Below are positions 62,280 through 64,000 of a DNA stretch of 64,000 nucleotides, one piece after another. Where the stretch lies: NCBI RefSeq assembly GCF_000143415.4, contig NW_003314325.1, positions 900,086 through 964,085 on the forward strand. Reading direction: 5' to 3'. Each line of letters starts with the position of its first letter. Within the stretch, counting starts at the first letter, position 1. This stretch comes from Selaginella moellendorffii. Taxonomy: Eukaryota; Plantae; Lycopodiophyta. The position numbers and the translations under genes were made by a program. Under the pieces are notes generated by a model that saw only the letters and a list, made by a program, of their open reading frames with translations, did no database searches and was not told the origin of the DNA.

Positions 62280-62816
62280 ATATGTCCATCTGGGTAAGTA
62301 TAGATGCTAAGCTTAGTTTACTAACAGTTGGATAAAAGGGGCTAATGAAGGGAATCAGTAGTATCGATCTCTTGCCATTATGGCAGTAAAAAGAGTGTTC
62401 GTAAGGATTAGCTGACAAATATATTTTGATACCTGAAGTCACATTCACAACAAATACATACAAATGTTTGTGGGTTTTAGTGTTAGTAATTTTAACTCTT
62501 GCCATCTTTCTTTCCAGGGTTCAACGGCTAAGAGATACAACAATTATCTCATTACATAATGCAATTAAACCACACAAAAGAAGGAAAGAAAGGATAATGA
62601 AGATAGTGATTATGAGTTAGAGATAAACACAATGATAGAGGGCACAATAAAAAGTGTTGATAAAAATGTAGGGCAAGGAGTATATGTATTCCTATGTTCC
62701 TCGCATTTTGTAAAGTCTAAACATGTGTAAGAAGGAAAGTCTTGAATGGCAATTGTGTACTCTCCATCTTCTATTTTGATTATATACTCTTTTACAAGCG
62801 TAATGATATACTTCAT
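62280..62816 (-). other. Possible degenerate SWIM-zinc-finger / DNA-transposon remnant
   Basis: YTIAIQDFPSYTCLDF...YTPC and HKHLYVF resemble SWIM halves; disrupted. Confidence 0.3.
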
Positions 62817-64000
62817 AAAGAGAATCTCACACTCAAGTGTTTAAGCCAAGTTTATTTAACCTTGCTTCTGCTTGAAAAGGGTACCAATAAATTTAACTAC
62901 CTTACCTTTTCTTGCTAACCTCTTATGCATTTATATGGGAATAATCTGGCTTTGTCACTCATGTCTCCAACTTTCCTCTCAAGATTGAAACCAAATTTCT
63001 TAAGGTTTTCAATCTCATCCGAGATAAGCACAACCCTATTAGCAACTGCCCATTCTTTAGGTACTACATCAGAAACCATGGCTCAACAAATGCAAGGTGA
63101 AATCAAAATATAATAACTATAATAGTAGTCAATAGTAAAATAATAAAGCTTTACAAAAGATAGATTCTCATGAATTTTATCTTTTTTAAACGACTCAATC
63201 TAATAAAAACTTTTAACTTAGATATTACATATTTCAATATTTTAAAGTTTGTTAGAACCTTCATTTCTTTTATTTAGATTTCCTTTGTAAAACTTCTAGT
63301 TGATTCTGTTGGCTTGAGTTTATTTATGTTGAGTTGAGCTCACATGAGCTCAACTCAATTTTATCACTTGGCAAAACTTGGACTTTTTTGAGGATGAGCT
63401 AGCACACTTATCTCATGTGGGAGGCAAAATAACATGCTTTAGCCTTAAGTTCACTTCATTTGGATCTAAGAGTTTGAGTTACATCATGATTAGACATCAT
63501 TTTGGCACTAGAGACACATTGGTGGTGGAATGCTCTATGGTGGGTTTCACATGTTATAAAGTATAATAGATGACTTCAAGTTTTATGGTGGAGTCACTTA
63601 AGAGGCAAATAGCCCAAGAGCTACATTGGGTATTCATGCTCGTACTTTCACTAGTTTCATTTTGTAAGAGTGCTCTCTCAATGTTTTATTTAGTCCCTAT
63701 AGGACATTGAGGAATATACATATACATTTTAACAAATGTGGGGAATTTTACCAAACATTTCCACCAGCTTGATCTTTGTCAAATCTGTCATAAAGAGACT
63801 AATATGTAGAAAAATTATTGGTTCTAACATTTCATCTATAACCTTTCCACCATCAATAATGAAAAATACTGTTTCCAACAAATTTCTCACCTATTTAGTT
63901 ATTTTGTCTATGTCCTCTTTTTTTGGATAAGTGACTCAAGCTTTATTGGATCATGGAGGAATGTGAAAATGAAAGAAGTGTATAAGACATTAGTTAGCAT

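Overview
Eukaryotic plant nuclear DNA with very short introns (~45-70 nt), tightly packed genes and many PLS-class PPR genes with runs of short repeats. This architecture is most consistent with a lycophyte such as Selaginella (inference). Positions ~1-46 kb are a duplication mosaic: a ~14/12 kb tandem duplication (20166-34176 / 34175-46079) joined at a 2-bp microhomology, inverted copies (TPT at 3.3-4.3 kb; kinase+subtilase at 11.6-16.2 kb), and copia/gypsy remnants. It holds three subtilase copies (only one intact), two alpha/beta-hydrolase copies (one intact), three intact PPR genes, a TPT and an IAR1-like ZIP transporter with a tRNA-Arg just upstream. Positions 47-57 kb are compact single-copy genes (RBMX2/Snu17-like, membrane protein, histidine phosphatase, GT61, RBP45/47-like), followed by AT-rich repeat DNA. 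Highlights missed by the ORF track, reconstructed by hand from GT-AG splice sites: four spliced genes for small secreted Asp-Tyr (tyrosine-sulfation motif) peptide precursors. Three are PSY-like, one of them with two tandem cores, and one fits no family I recognise. They share the locus with the amplified subtilase. There are also 5S-rRNA-bearing Cassandra-type TRIM retroelements (one solo LTR and one complete element, both with target-site duplications).
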